Shown here one piece after another: positions 11,863 through 23,333 of a stretch of DNA of 64,000 nucleotides. Below the pieces are notes generated by a model, which was given only the letters and a program-made list of their open reading frames with translations, made no database searches and was not told where the DNA came from. Within the stretch, counting starts at the first letter, position 1, and each line of letters begins with the position of its first letter. This stretch comes from Euglena gracilis (Eukaryota). The position numbers were made by a program, and so were the translations under genes. The stretch covers positions 45,673,847-45,737,846 of the forward strand of contig CP154954.1 in assembly GCA_039621445.1 (NCBI GenBank). Direction: 5' to 3'.

Positions 11863-14800
11863 ATCATCAGGGATGTCTTATGCAGATCATTTTGGTGAAC
11901 TCGTGACTTTCAAATAAAAGTGGTGACTTGGGGAAATCATCCTGGTGGTTTCAGAATAACCTGCGCTCTGGGTCAAACAAAAATCAACTGCCACTGATGG
12001 TCAGGGGCGCCGGGCAGGCGCCCCTGCTAAAACCGTGAGTGCGGTCGATTTGTCAAAAACCTATTTTGCAGGGCCCGCACGCGTGTCTTGAGCAACGTTC
12101 GACGATAAGGATCCCGTACGATGGATTTTTTGACGCTTTTTTGTGGTTTTCATCAAAAAAAAACGGCACCCCTCTGAAAACTGTTTTCCCCAACAGTACC
12201 TATCTTGAAAACCGTTCGAAACGAACGGGCGCCTGTCTTGAAAACCGTTTGACATGAACGGGTGCCTGTCTTGAAAACCATCAAACATAAACGGCACCCT
12301 TGCCCGTTTATGTCAGTCGAATTTCAAGACAGGTGTCGGGCCCTGGAAATAGGTTTTAAAAAAACATGTTTTTCAGCAAATTGAGGTGCTTTTTTACACC
12401 CAATTTTTCAAAAAAATCTTAACAAAAATGTCAAATTAAAATTGGGGGGTAAAAACTTGCTTTATTCATGAGAATTTTGGGTGTAAAACCACACCGACAA
12501 TCTCGCATGTTTTCTTGCAAAATGTTTCCTGGGCATTCAAGGTATTTTGGGTGAGATGCAAGGAGACGGTGACGCCGAGTTGAAAAGTTTATTTCAAAAA
12601 AGGTGTGTATTTTCAAAATAAGAGATACAAAATGCCAGCTCTAACTTAAACGGGTGGGCCGGGTCACGGGGGCCATAGGGGGGTCACGGGGGAGATGTGG
12701 ACCGAGGACAGTGCGGGGCACAAAAAAAAAGATGGTCACGCCTCAAATTTCTCCACAGACCGAGGAATGTGATCACTGGTCAGTGGTTTTCTGGGCAGGG
12801 TTCAAATTTTCCAAAATAACCCCCCCCAAATTAGAAGCCCCCCGAGGCCACTATTCACTCTGCGGAAACCCCGAGGGTGGGGGTTTCTAATTGGGTACCC
12901 TTTGTCTAAAGGAAAACCTTCGGCCGGCGGCCAATCCGGGGATGGAACAGGCTCAAATTTCAAAGATGTGCAAGGCTCACTTTTTTGAGTTTTGGGTGGA
13001 TGGGCCGTGTTTCAAGGATACCAGCTATCAATTTTGTTCCTGATGTCGACCTGTTTTCGCAGAGATTTGTGGCCCTGGAGGCCCTCTATCGCCCCCCGTT
13101 CGCCGTTTTGGATGCCGACACACCTGGCCCGTGCTGCGGAACGATTTTGTGGCCCAAAACGGCCATTTTGGGGTGTTTTGGGGGCCCTTTTTTGGTGAAA
13201 AAAAATACATTTTTCAAAAAAAAAATGCCCGGAGAGCAAAAATGAAGCCCTTGAAGCCCTGGTCCCAGGTCCCGAGACGCTCTCCCCCCCCATGTACGTC
13301 TGGAAAAAACCAAAAAACCAGAAGGATCAGCGCACACCAATCAAGGCACTTTTTCATGAAAAATTTCGGCACCTTCGGCGCCGGACCCCCCCTCCCCCCC
13401 TCCCCCCCCCTCCGGGAAGTCAACATGTCCAGTTCAGTTCGGAAGTGGACAGGGGGGTCCCGCCCCCCTCTCCCCCCGTGTACCTGGGCTCCATGGCACC
13501 ATCACATACATAAAGAGCTCAGAATTGCACAAAACCTGATTGCCCTCACCCCCCCCTCAAAGTGGCCACCCTCCAGGCACCGTGGGACCCCAAAATGACC
13601 ACTCTGGGGAGGAACACTTTGGGGGGTGTCAAATGCGCCTTTGGCGCCAAAAGAAATCGAGGGGGGGGAGGTAAAGCCAAAGCTTTTGGCCACTTTGGGG
13701 GGGACACTTTGAGGGGGGGTGTATTTTGGGGGGGGGGGTCGTCCCCATGACCCCTGACCCCCCTTCACCCTGTCAAAATGGCAGAGTCGAAACTGGGGGG
13801 GGGAAGGGTGGCGAATCCCACCCAACGGGCCTGGCGGGGAGTTGGGGGGTCAAACGGAGGTGATTCGGAAACTCAGGAGCCAGTCGCTGGTGAGTGAAAA
13901 AAAAATTCTGGGATCCGGGCCGGGGTCATGGTGATAATCCGTGGTTTTCATTGGAGATCAAGCGGTGACTTTTGGGATTTTGGACCCCCCTCCCCTCCCC
14001 AGGTGAAGTTCACCGTTTGAAAGTTCACCGGGGGTCCCGGACCAGGCCGTTTTTTACCAACCCCGGGGGGAGGGGGGGTCCGGAGTGCCTATGAGTGCCT
14101 GCCTAGGCAGGCACAACCCCCCCACTTGGGGGGTGTCGGATTTCGGCCTGTGCCCAGGCACATTCCTTTGAAAAAAGGCCATTTTTGGCTCCCCGGCGCC
14201 TTTGGCGCCGGGTCTGTGCTAGGGCACTTTTGGCCGTGTGCCCCCCCCCCCGTGGGGTCAGATTTGGAGTGCCTTGGGGTGCCTGCCCAGGCAGGCCCTC
14301 CGGGGTGGGGTCGGCACCCGACTAAAATACAGCCTCTGCCTAACCCAACGGTGAACTTCACCAGTGAAGTTCACCACAAGCGCACTTTTTTGGCCAAAAA
14401 TGGCCAAAAATGACATTTTGGGCAAGTTTTCTGAAATTTCGATGACATTCCACGATAAAATTCCATTTTGAAAGGAAAAAGAGTAAAATTTTACCAAACA
14501 AATCACCCAACCATCAAAACGACCCCTGGCCATAACCTAGATCCCGAGCAAAATAAAAAAAAAACCAAGAGAACAGGGCTATCTCTAAGCTCGCCCAAAG
14601 GGTGCGGGCTAAAGGGTCCAAAGGGTGCTGGCTAGAAGAAACGTGCTGGCCAGTCCCAGCACGGTACCCCAAAACATCAAAATAGAGCTGGGTTGGCATA
14701 TTCTGCCAAAATTTGGAGGCGAAAACCCAAAACCCCGCAAAAAAAATAGCCCGTTTGCCCCCCTTTTTTAAAAAGGTCAATTCCTTTTGGTCCAAACTTT

Positions 14801-15045
14801 ATTTCAGCGGACCCCACGGGGGGGGGGGGGGACGATTGGAGTTGGTGGCTGGGAAAAAAAAAGGTGATAGTTGGCTGGACCCCTCCGGCTAAGAAAACCA
14901 AGTGCGGACCCCCAAAATCTTGGGAAGTCACAATCACTTGTGAACTCCAAGAAGAAGCGGGAGTTTTTCTTACCAATGTTGTGACAGCACAGCTTTCCAA
15001 GTTGATGCTTTGTTGCACATCCAGCTTTCAAATACACCCCTGTTT

Positions 15046-15161
15046 GAAAGAGATGTCTGTTCAAAACCATCTGCAAACTGGAAAAGATTGTAGAACTCCC
15101 GTTCTGTCATATCGCGTGGGAGTTCTGTGCAATAAATTGTGGTCACTGGCCCACCAGACAT
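15046..15161 (-). CDS. Host two-RRM RNA-binding protein (Scw1/Whi3/RBPMS-like), exon 1 (start of RRM1)
   Basis: MSGGPVTTIYCTELPRDMTEREFYNLFQFADGFEQTSL resembles the Scw1/Whi3-type RRM start (TIFVxGxPxDMxEREFxNxFxFxxGFE). The exon ends TC|AAACAGGGG, a nonconventional 5' junction. Confidence 0.8.
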
Positions 15162-15180
15162 TGTGAAGGTGGGAGAAGAC

Positions 15181-15197
15181 CTGCGACAAAAAAGGGA
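15181..15197 (-). promoter_or_regulatory. Probable trans-splice (outron) acceptor of the RRM gene
   Basis: Minus strand reads TCCCTTTTTTGTCGCAG| followed by 19 nt and the ATG at 15161: polypyrimidine tract plus CAG just upstream of the first exon. Confidence 0.5.
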
Positions 15198-16860
15198 CCA
15201 TGGTGAAATGGGGCATTGGGGTCTGAGGGGGCATGTGACTTACATGATGTCATGCATTGCTCCAAGTTTCGATCCCAAAGAGGAATTTGCACGCCACTGG
15301 GTCCAAAAATAGTTCCAATTAAGATTTTTTTTACATTTTGATGCCAAATTGAGGGGTAAATTTTAAATAATGTGGATTTTCGACTTTTTGGAGGGCTGAA
15401 TTTGGGTTCGGAACGGAGGTCGAGCGGGGGGGGGGGGTGATTGGGGAAAATACCCTCAATGAACAGGTTCGAAGGGAGGGTGGTCCCGTTGACTGGGTTT
15501 CCGGACTCCCCTCCCTGGTTCGGTGGACTTCGTTGGTCAACCGGGGGTCCCGGACCCTCTCCACTCTCACAGTTGGCGTTTTTTTTAAAAAAATGCCTTT
15601 TCTCTGAAATTACTACAAAGAAGGGGTGGCGGACGCCGGTTCTATCCAAAACTCGGCGTTCTGGACGCCGGTTCCGTCCGAAGGACGAAACCGGCGTCCG
15701 GAACGCCGGGTTTTGGACAGAACCGGCGTCCGCCACCCCTTGTTTAAACCGGCGTTTTAGAGACGCCGGGTTCAGGACAGAACCGGCGTCCCCACCCTTC
15801 GGTCAAAGGACACTCCCAGGACCAATCTCCGACCACTTACCTGCAATGTCACGCCACTTTGCATTTCAACAAATTCCGGCGATCGCGAGTGTATTTCTGG
15901 CTGTGTCAATCGTCCAGGTACAAAGTCACCCCTCGATCGAAAGCTCTTTGCATCAGACGACTGGCGATCACCACCAAATTCAGCCACGCCGCCCGGATCT
16001 CCTATTTTCTGTCAGTGTAAAATCCTAATTTCACAACTCTGGTGCCTCCTAGGACCCCTCAGGTGGTCGATTCGAAGAGAAAGAACGTTTCTGTAAGGTT
16101 TATTCAGCATCTTGAACCAAAAATCACTGAAAATTACCACGAATTTCGACTCAGATTCTGGCCGGTCCGACATCGCGAGCGTATCTTGGGCTGCGTGCAA
16201 CGTTAGGGTGCCAAGTTACCCCTCGATCGAAAGCTCTTTTCAACAGACGACCAGCGGTGCTCATCAGATCTTTCCACGCTGCACGGTACTCTATTTCCAA
16301 ATCTGGGTCAATTTTCACCAAATTTGGATATCCACCCCAGTGGTCCCAAGATGGCAAAATTCATTGTCCTAGATGGTTGAAACAGTCATACTAGCAACTT
16401 AGGGCCACTTTTGGGCACTTTTGGTGACATTTTTAGGAATGAAAATCGGACGCCGGGTTTTGGACAAAACCGGCGTTCCTAACGCCGGGTTTTAGGACAG
16501 AACCGGCGTCCGTAAAACCTGTGGGGGGGGGACGCCGGTTCTGTCCTGAACCCGGCGTCTCAAACGCCGGTTTAAACGGCAAAAAAAGGCAAAAAAACAA
16601 AAGTGACATTTCGTTGAAAAAAACTTGTTACGAAACACTCCACAAAAATGGAATATCTTTAAATATTTCCCCCCCCCCCGAGCTATTCCCGTCCCCGGGA
16701 CCCTTTACGGCCCAATGGGAACAGTACGGGGGGGGGGGGACAGCTCGGGGGGGGGGGGCCCTTGGTTCCCAACCCCAACCCTCGGGCATCCCAAAAGGGG
16801 TCGTTTTGGCAACTTTTTTGTGTGTTCGCAAAAAATGGTCAATTTTAAGGGCTCATAATT

Positions 16861-17658
16861 GGCTGTGGAAGTTTTGGTGGTCGCTAGCAACCGGTCGCTA
16901 GCGACCGTTGGCCATGGTCGACCGACCATTGGTGGTCAGACCGACCGGTCGCTGGCGACCACCAAAATTTCGACCCCCCCTCCGGGAAATTTTTCAGCCC
17001 CCCGCCCCATTGGGATGTAATGCAAAACCTCCGTTGTATTGCAAAACAATGCTACCATACTTTCGGCCAAAAGAAACTGCAGCAATGCCAATCTGGGCAG
17101 CCCCACTAGACGACCAAGGGCGCCGAAGGCGCCTTAGGAATTGTTTACGGTGCGCGTGGCATTTCATGCGCGCCTGGCCCTGGGTCGGCACCCCCCGGAG
17201 ATTATTGGAGGGTGGGGGGTGCGGGGGGGGGGGGGCGGCAGCCCCCCCCCCCCCGCTAGACGCGTGCACACACACACACACCTCAGCTGGGGGGGGGGGG
17301 CTGCCGCCCCCCGCCCCCCCCCCCGCCCTCCAATAACAAAATCCCCTGCCTGCCCTCGCGATACCCAAGCGCATGAGCGGCTTTCAAGTCCCCAATGCAG
17401 CTCATAGTAACGTAAACATTGTCTGACATCGTGCAAGATCCTAAAAGCAGAATCAGGAACTTTTGATATAAAAATTCATGGCTTTCTCAATTTTCCTCGC
17501 GGGGGGGGGGGGGGCTTGTAAATTTTTTGGGGGGGTTAACGCATTTTTGGTGGTCGCTAGCGACCGGTCGGGTTGACCACCAACGGTCGCTAGCGACTGG
17601 TCGCCAGAATTCGGTCGCTAGCGACCGGTCGCTAGCGACCACCAAAAGTTCCATGGCC
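16861..17658. mobile_element. Non-autonomous TIR element with a 4-bp AATT flank (Sola-like, superfamily uncertain)
   Basis: TIR GGCTGTGGAAGTTTTGGTGGTCGCTAGC / GCTAGCGACCACCAAAAGTTCCATGGCC; AATT on both sides; subterminal GGTCGCTAGCGACC palindromes. Confidence 0.65.
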
Positions 17659-18119
17659 AATTTCCCTCTCGGAGCCAGTTTTAAGCACATTTGCCAAAAA
17701 TCATTATTTGAAAACGTCCCAAAAACGTCGATTTGAGCACTTTTGGGGGAAGCTCTTTGTAAAAAGTGCTATGGGGGTGGTGCAGGTCACGGGGGGTCAC
17801 GGGGGGGGGGGTTCACGGGGGAAGTATACCACCTTGGAGGTAGTCACGAGCATCGGTGTCGGAAAAAATTTTACCTGGGAGGACGAGCATCCAGTGCAAG
17901 GTTGACCACTCTCATTGGGGAGATCCATGGGGGGATCCCCTATGGGGGGCTCCCCCTCAAGGGGGGGTCGGAGCCCAACCCCCATCAAGGGCTTTTTTCC
18001 ACAACCGCTCAAAGGGAGGCCCGACGGTGATGTTTTTTTTTACTTGCGGGGGTGCAAAAAATGGGTCGTATTTGGGCTCACCAATTCAAATTTGTTTTTT
18101 TTAAAATTCAAAGTCATTA

Positions 18120-18361
18120 CCACCACCCCCCCCCCCTAATTGACCGTGGGACCTCTCCACGGGACCCCCCTTTTGGTCAATTAGGGGGGGGGGTCAATTA
18201 GGGGGGGGGTACCGTCAATTAGGGGGGGGGGTACCATCAATTAGGGGGTGCTTCAGCACGGAATCCCCCCGGGTAGTCAATTAGGGGGGGGGGTCGAAAA
18301 AATTTTCCCCGGGGCGATCGGTCAATTAGGGGGGGGGGTCAATTAGGGGGGGGGGTGGTGG
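18120..18361. mobile_element. TA-flanked MITE (Tc1/mariner/pogo-type)
   Basis: TA|CCACCACCCC...CTAATTGACC and GGTCAATTAG...GGGGTGGTGG|TA. Confidence 0.75.
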
Positions 18362-18780
18362 TACCATGCCCCCCCCATATTGTACCCCCCATAATGTACA
18401 CCCCCAATTTCCTTATGAAGAAAATTAAAGGTCTTCTTTGACGGTTCACGGGTCTGTCCATATTATACCCCTCCCATAATGTAGGCTCCGTGCGGATGAT
18501 TGGCTACGACGATCCCGGAGGTCGTACCGACCATGGTCGGGCCGACCTAGGTCGGGCCGACCGTTGGCTATGGCCTATCGACCATTGGAGGTCGGGCCGA
18601 CCAGGTCGGCCCGACCTCCAATCATCCGCATTACCCCCCCCTTTTTTGATTTTTAAGCCCCCCCCCCCCGAAACTTGAAGCAGTATTCAGTAAAATTTGA
18701 CTCAAAATGCATGGAAAAGCATTAGAATGAGCTTGAAACTGGCAAAAAAACGTCCTATGTTAAAGAAAGAGACCCTAATG

Positions 18781-19972
18781 AACTTAGTCGGCCTACGGCC
18801 TCCTCCGGGGCGGGGATGCCGCCCCCCCCGGACCCCCCCCCGCCCAAAATAACAATATCCCCTTGTGTGTGCAAGGCAAGGGTGGACAGAAATCACATCC
18901 TAACAAAATCCTTTTGTGTGTGCAAGGCAAGGATGGCCAAAACGCGCCCCCCAACAAACTCCCTTTGTGCTAACTTAGTCGGCCTACGGCCTCCTCCGGG
19001 GGGGGCTGCCGCCCCCCCGGACCCCCCCCGCCCAAAATAACAATATCCCCTTGTGTGTGCAAGGCAAGGGTGGACAAAACGCGCATCCTAACAAAACTTT
19101 TTGTGTGTGCAAGGCAAGGATGGCCAAAACGCGCCCCCGAACAAACTCCCTGTGTGCTGACTTAGTCGGCCTACGGCCTCCTCCGGGGGTGGGGGGGGGC
19201 TGCCGCCCCCCCCCCCCGGACCCCCCCCCCGCCCAAAATAACAATATCCCCTTGTGTGTGCAAGGCAAGGGTGGACAAAACGCGCATCCTAACAAAACTT
19301 TTTTGTGTGTGCAAGGCAAGGATGGCCAAAACGCGCCCCCGAACAAACTCCCTTTGTGCTAACTTAGTCGGCCTACGGCCTCCTCCGGGAGGGCTGCCGC
19401 CCCCCCCCGGACCCCCCCCCCCGCCCAAAATAACAATATCCCCTTGTGTGTGCAAGGCAAGGGTGGACAAAACTCGCATTCTAACAAAATCCTTTTGTGT
19501 GTGCAAGGCAAGGATGGCCAAAACGCGCCCCCCAACAAACTCCCTTTGTGCTAACTTAGTCGGCCTAGGGCCTCCTCAGGGGGGGGGGGGGCTGCCGCCC
19601 CCCCCCCCCGGACCCCCCCGCCCAAAATAACAATATCCCCTTGTGTGTGCAAGGCAAGGGTGGACAAAACTCGCATCCTAACAAAATCCTTTTGTGTGTG
19701 CAAGGCAAGGATGGCCAAAACGCGCCCCCAACAAACTCCCTTTGTGCTAACTTAGTCGGCCTACGGCCTCCTCCGGGGGGGGCTGCCGCCCCCCCCGGAC
19801 CCCCCCCCGCCCAAAATAACAATATCCCCTTGTGTGTGCAAGGCAAGGGTGGACAAAACTCGCATCCTAACAAAATCCTTTTGTGTGTGCAAGGCAAGGA
19901 TGGCCAAAACGCGCCCCCAAAAAAACTCCCTTTGTACTAACTTAGTCGGCCTACGGCCTCCTCCGCGAGGGG

Positions 19973-20003
<31 letters not shown>

Positions 20004-20910
20004 GCCCAAAATAACAATATCCCCTTGTGTGTGCAAGGCAAGGGTGGACAAAAAGCGCATCCTAACAAAACCTTTTTGTGTGTGCAAGGCAAGGATGGCC
20101 AAAACACGCCCCCCACCAAACTCCCTTTGTGCTAACTTAGTGGGCCTCCGGCACCTCCCGGGGGGGGGGGGGCTGCCGCCCACCCCCCCGGACCCCACCC
20201 CGCCCAAAATAAAAATATCCCCTTGTGTGTGCAAGGCAAGGGTGGACAAAACTCGCATCCTAACAAAATCCTTTTGTGTGTGCAAGGCAAGGATGGCCAA
20301 AACGCGCCCCCCAACAAACTCCCTTTGTGCTAACTTAGTCGGCCTACGGCCTCCTCCGGGGGGGGGGGGGGGGGGGCTGCCGCCGCCCCCCCCGGACCCC
20401 CCCCCGCCCAAAATAACAAGAACCCCTTGTGTGTGCAAGGCAAGGGTGGACAAAACTCACATCCTAACAAAATCATTTTGTGTTGTGCAAGGCAAGGATG
20501 GTCAAAACGCGCCCCCCAACAAACTCCCTTTGTGCTAACTTAGTCGGCCTACGGCCTCCTCCGGGGGGGGGCTGCCGCCCCCCCCCCCCCCCGACCCCCC
20601 CCCGCCCCAAAAAACCATATCCCCTTGTGTGTGCAAGGCAAGGGTGGACAAAACGCGCATCCTAACAAAACCTTTTTGTGCGTGCAAGGCAAGGATGGCC
20701 AAAACGCGCCCCCCCAACAAAATCCCTTTGTGCTAACTTAGTCGGCCTACGGCCTCCTCCGGCGGGGGCTGCCGCCCCCCCCCCCGGACCCCCCCCGCCC
20801 AAAATAACAATATCCCCTTGTGTGTGCAAGGCAAGGATGGCCAAAACGCGCCCCCCAACAAACTCCCTTTGTGCTAACTTAGTCGGCCTCCACCCCCCGC
20901 CCAAAATAAC
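18781..20910. repeat. Tandem satellite, ~190-200-bp unit, about 11.5 copies
   Basis: Unit AACTTAGTCGGCCTACGGCCTCCTCC-(G/C tracts)-CCCAAAATAACAATATCCCCTTGTGTGTGCAAGGCAAGGG...; lengths vary mainly in the homopolymers. Confidence 0.95.
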
Positions 20911-22080
20911 CTAACTGTATCCCTAACCCTAACCCTAACCCTAACCGTATCCCTAACCCTAACCCTAATCCCCAGCCCTAACCGTATCCCTCACTCTAAC
21001 CCTAGCCCTGACCCTAACCCTAACCGTATCCCTAACCCAAACTCTAACCCTGACCCTAACCCTAACCGTATCCCTAACCCTAACCCTAATCCCCAGCCCT
21101 AACCGTATCCCTAACCCTAACTCTAACCCTAGCCCTAACCTTAACTCTAACCCTAACTCTAACCCTAACTGCATCCCTAACCCTAACCGTATCCCCAACC
21201 CAAACTCAAACCGTATCCGTGGCCCGAACTCTAACCCTAACCGTATCCCTAACCCTGACAATAACCGTAACACTAACCGTATCCCTAACCCTAACCCTAA
21301 TCCCTAACCCTAACCCTAACCCTAACCCTAACCCATCCCTAACCCTAACCGTATCCCTAACTCTAACCCTAACCCTAACCGAAACCCTAACCGTATCCCT
21401 AACCCTAACTCTAACCCTAGCCCTAACCCTAACCGTATCCCTAACCCTAACCCTAACCCGAACCCTATCCGTATCCCTAACCCTAACTGCATCCCTAACC
21501 CTAACCGTATCCCCAACCCAAACTCAAACCGTATCCCTGGCCCGAACCCTAACCCTAACCGTATCCCTAACCCTAACAATTACCACCCCCCCCCTTTATT
21601 TGACCCCCCCCCTTAATTGAGCATTTGGGTCCGGGGAAAGTTTTTTTTTTCATGCGCCGAAGGCGCCGAAATTTTTTTTTGCCCTCTTTCTAAAGGAATT
21701 TTTGACCCCCCCCCTTATTTGACCCCCCCCTTATTTGAGCATTTGGGGGGTCCGTTGGCCCGTAGGTGTGCTCAAATAAAGGGGGGGGGGGGTGGTACCG
21801 TAACACTGACCGTATCCCTAACCCTAACCCTAATCCCCAGCCCTAACCGTATCCCTAACCCTAACTCTAACCCTAGCCCTAACCCTAACCGTATCCCTAA
21901 CCCTAACTCTAACCCTAACCGAACCCTAACCCTAACTCTAACCCTAACCCTAACTCTAACCGTATCCCTAACCCTAACTCTAACCCTTACCGTATCCCTA
22001 ACCCTAACCCTAATCCCCAGCCCTAACCCTATCCGTTTCCCTAACCCTAACCCTAACTGTATCCCTAACCCTAACTCTAA
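20910..22080. repeat. Interstitial telomere-like (CCCTAA)n array with CCGTAT/CTCTAA variants
   Basis: Direct reading; interrupted at 21583..21795. Confidence 0.95.
21583..21795. mobile_element. TA-flanked MITE inserted in the telomere-like array
   Basis: TA|CCACCCCC..CTTTATTTGA ... TCAAATAAAGGG..GGTGG|TA. The empty-site equivalent ACAATAACCGTAACACT is present at about 21258. Confidence 0.85.
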
Positions 22081-22358
22081 TCGAATTTTTCAAAAATGGG
22101 ACGTTTTTTGCCAGTTTGGAGGTCATTCCAATGTGTTTTGATGCATTTTCAGCCAAATTAAGAGAATAAAATTTTGAGGGGGGGGGGGGGCTTAAATTTC
22201 AAAAAGGGGGGGGGTAATGCGGTTGATTGGAGGTCGGGCCGACCTGGTCGGCCCGACCTCCAGTGGTCGATAACGGCCAGGTCGGGCCGACCATGGTCAG
22301 TACGACCTCCGGGATCGTCGTAGCCAATCATCCGCCCGGGGCCCATAATGTACCTCCC

Positions 22359-22792
22359 CAGGGCTGGATAGAGGTAGAGGTAGAGGTCAAAGTCCTCTAC
22401 CTCTATCTGACCCACCTCTACCTCTACCTCTACCTCTATGTCACCTCTATGTCCATAAAATGGCATAAACTGGCACTAATAAGGGCCACAAAAGGCTCCA
22501 AATGCCTCAAATTTGGCAAATTAGCATCTCAGCGCATCTTATTTAGGTTAGGAATGAGAAAAAATATCTGGATGGGTGGTTTCAAAAATTGCCATAAGAG
22601 ATTTGTGACAAGAATGGCCAATTTCTGATTTTTTTCATAAAATTGCCTTTGTTCGGCAAAAATTCTCTTTGCTAAGCCACTTTCCTTAAAAAAAATTGAC
22701 AATGAGGTGACATAGAGGGATAGTAGAGGTAGAGGTGACCTCTACCTCTACCTCTACCTCTACCTCTATCCCTCTACCTCTATCCAGCCCTG
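22359..22792. mobile_element. hAT-like MITE with a 7-bp TSD and (TAGAGG)n subterminal repeats
   Basis: TIR CAGGGCTGGATAGAGGTAGAGG / CCTCTACCTCTATCCAGCCCTG; ACCTCCC at 22352..22358 and 22793..22799. A related end starts at 27098. Confidence 0.8.
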
Positions 22793-23207
22793 ACCTCCCC
22801 CCAGAAAATGGTTCCCAGGGGGGGGTACAATATGGGGGGGGGCATGGAACTGCCCAAAGGGCAGCAAGACAGTGTAACAAATTTTTGGGGTGGTCGCGGG
22901 GGGGGGGGACGTGGGGGGTGACACGGGGGGGGACACGAGGGAGGGAACTATGGCCGAACTACCCCCACACACTTTTTTTGGCGTCACCCAAATTTGTATG
23001 TTATTTTCCTTTGGTCGACCAAAAAACATTCCCGGCCAAAATCCAGGACGCGGGGGGGACGCGCGGGGGGGGGGGGGAACACCCCTTTGTTGTTGAAAAG
23101 GCGAAGATTGGCTGAAAATCATTAAAATTTCAGACAAAAAGTTGTTTTCTGAGATTAAAAAACGTGTTCAGCCCGCCAAATGCCTCCCCTGAAATTCGTG
23201 GTCATGA

Positions 23208-23333
23208 ACACGTTTTCATTAGGGCATTTGTGACAATAACACGTTTTCCATTAAGGCATCTGTGGCAATGACACGTTTTCCATTAGGGCATCTGTGGCAA
23301 TGACACGTTTTCCATTAGGGCATCTGTGGCAAT
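23208..23333. repeat. Minisatellite, ~31-bp unit, 4 copies
   Basis: ACACGTTTTCCATTAGGGCATCTGTGGCAATG repeated. Confidence 0.85.

Larger units (their letters stand above)
18484..22343. mobile_element. Mutator-like (MULE/foldback) non-autonomous element
   Basis: ~190-bp TIRs (18484..18670 and 22177..22343) starting GG; perfect 9-bp TSD CATAATGTA at 18475..18483 and 22344..22352. Confidence 0.85.
18364..22847. mobile_element. Outer MITE split by nested insertions
   Basis: CCATGCCCCCCCCATATTGTACCCCCC at 18364 is inverted at about 22818..22847. TA is present on the left flank only. Confidence 0.5.

Noticed and set aside
18781-20910. CRISPR-like array or repeat protein (CVCKAR ORFs)
   Set aside because: Units are near-identical along their whole length with no unique spacers, there are no cas genes, the context is eukaryotic, and frames shift at homopolymers.
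20910-22080. True chromosome end or LTLTLT/PNPNPN proteins
   Set aside because: The array is internal, degenerate and enclosed by TIRs with a TSD; the ORFs are translations of the hexamer.
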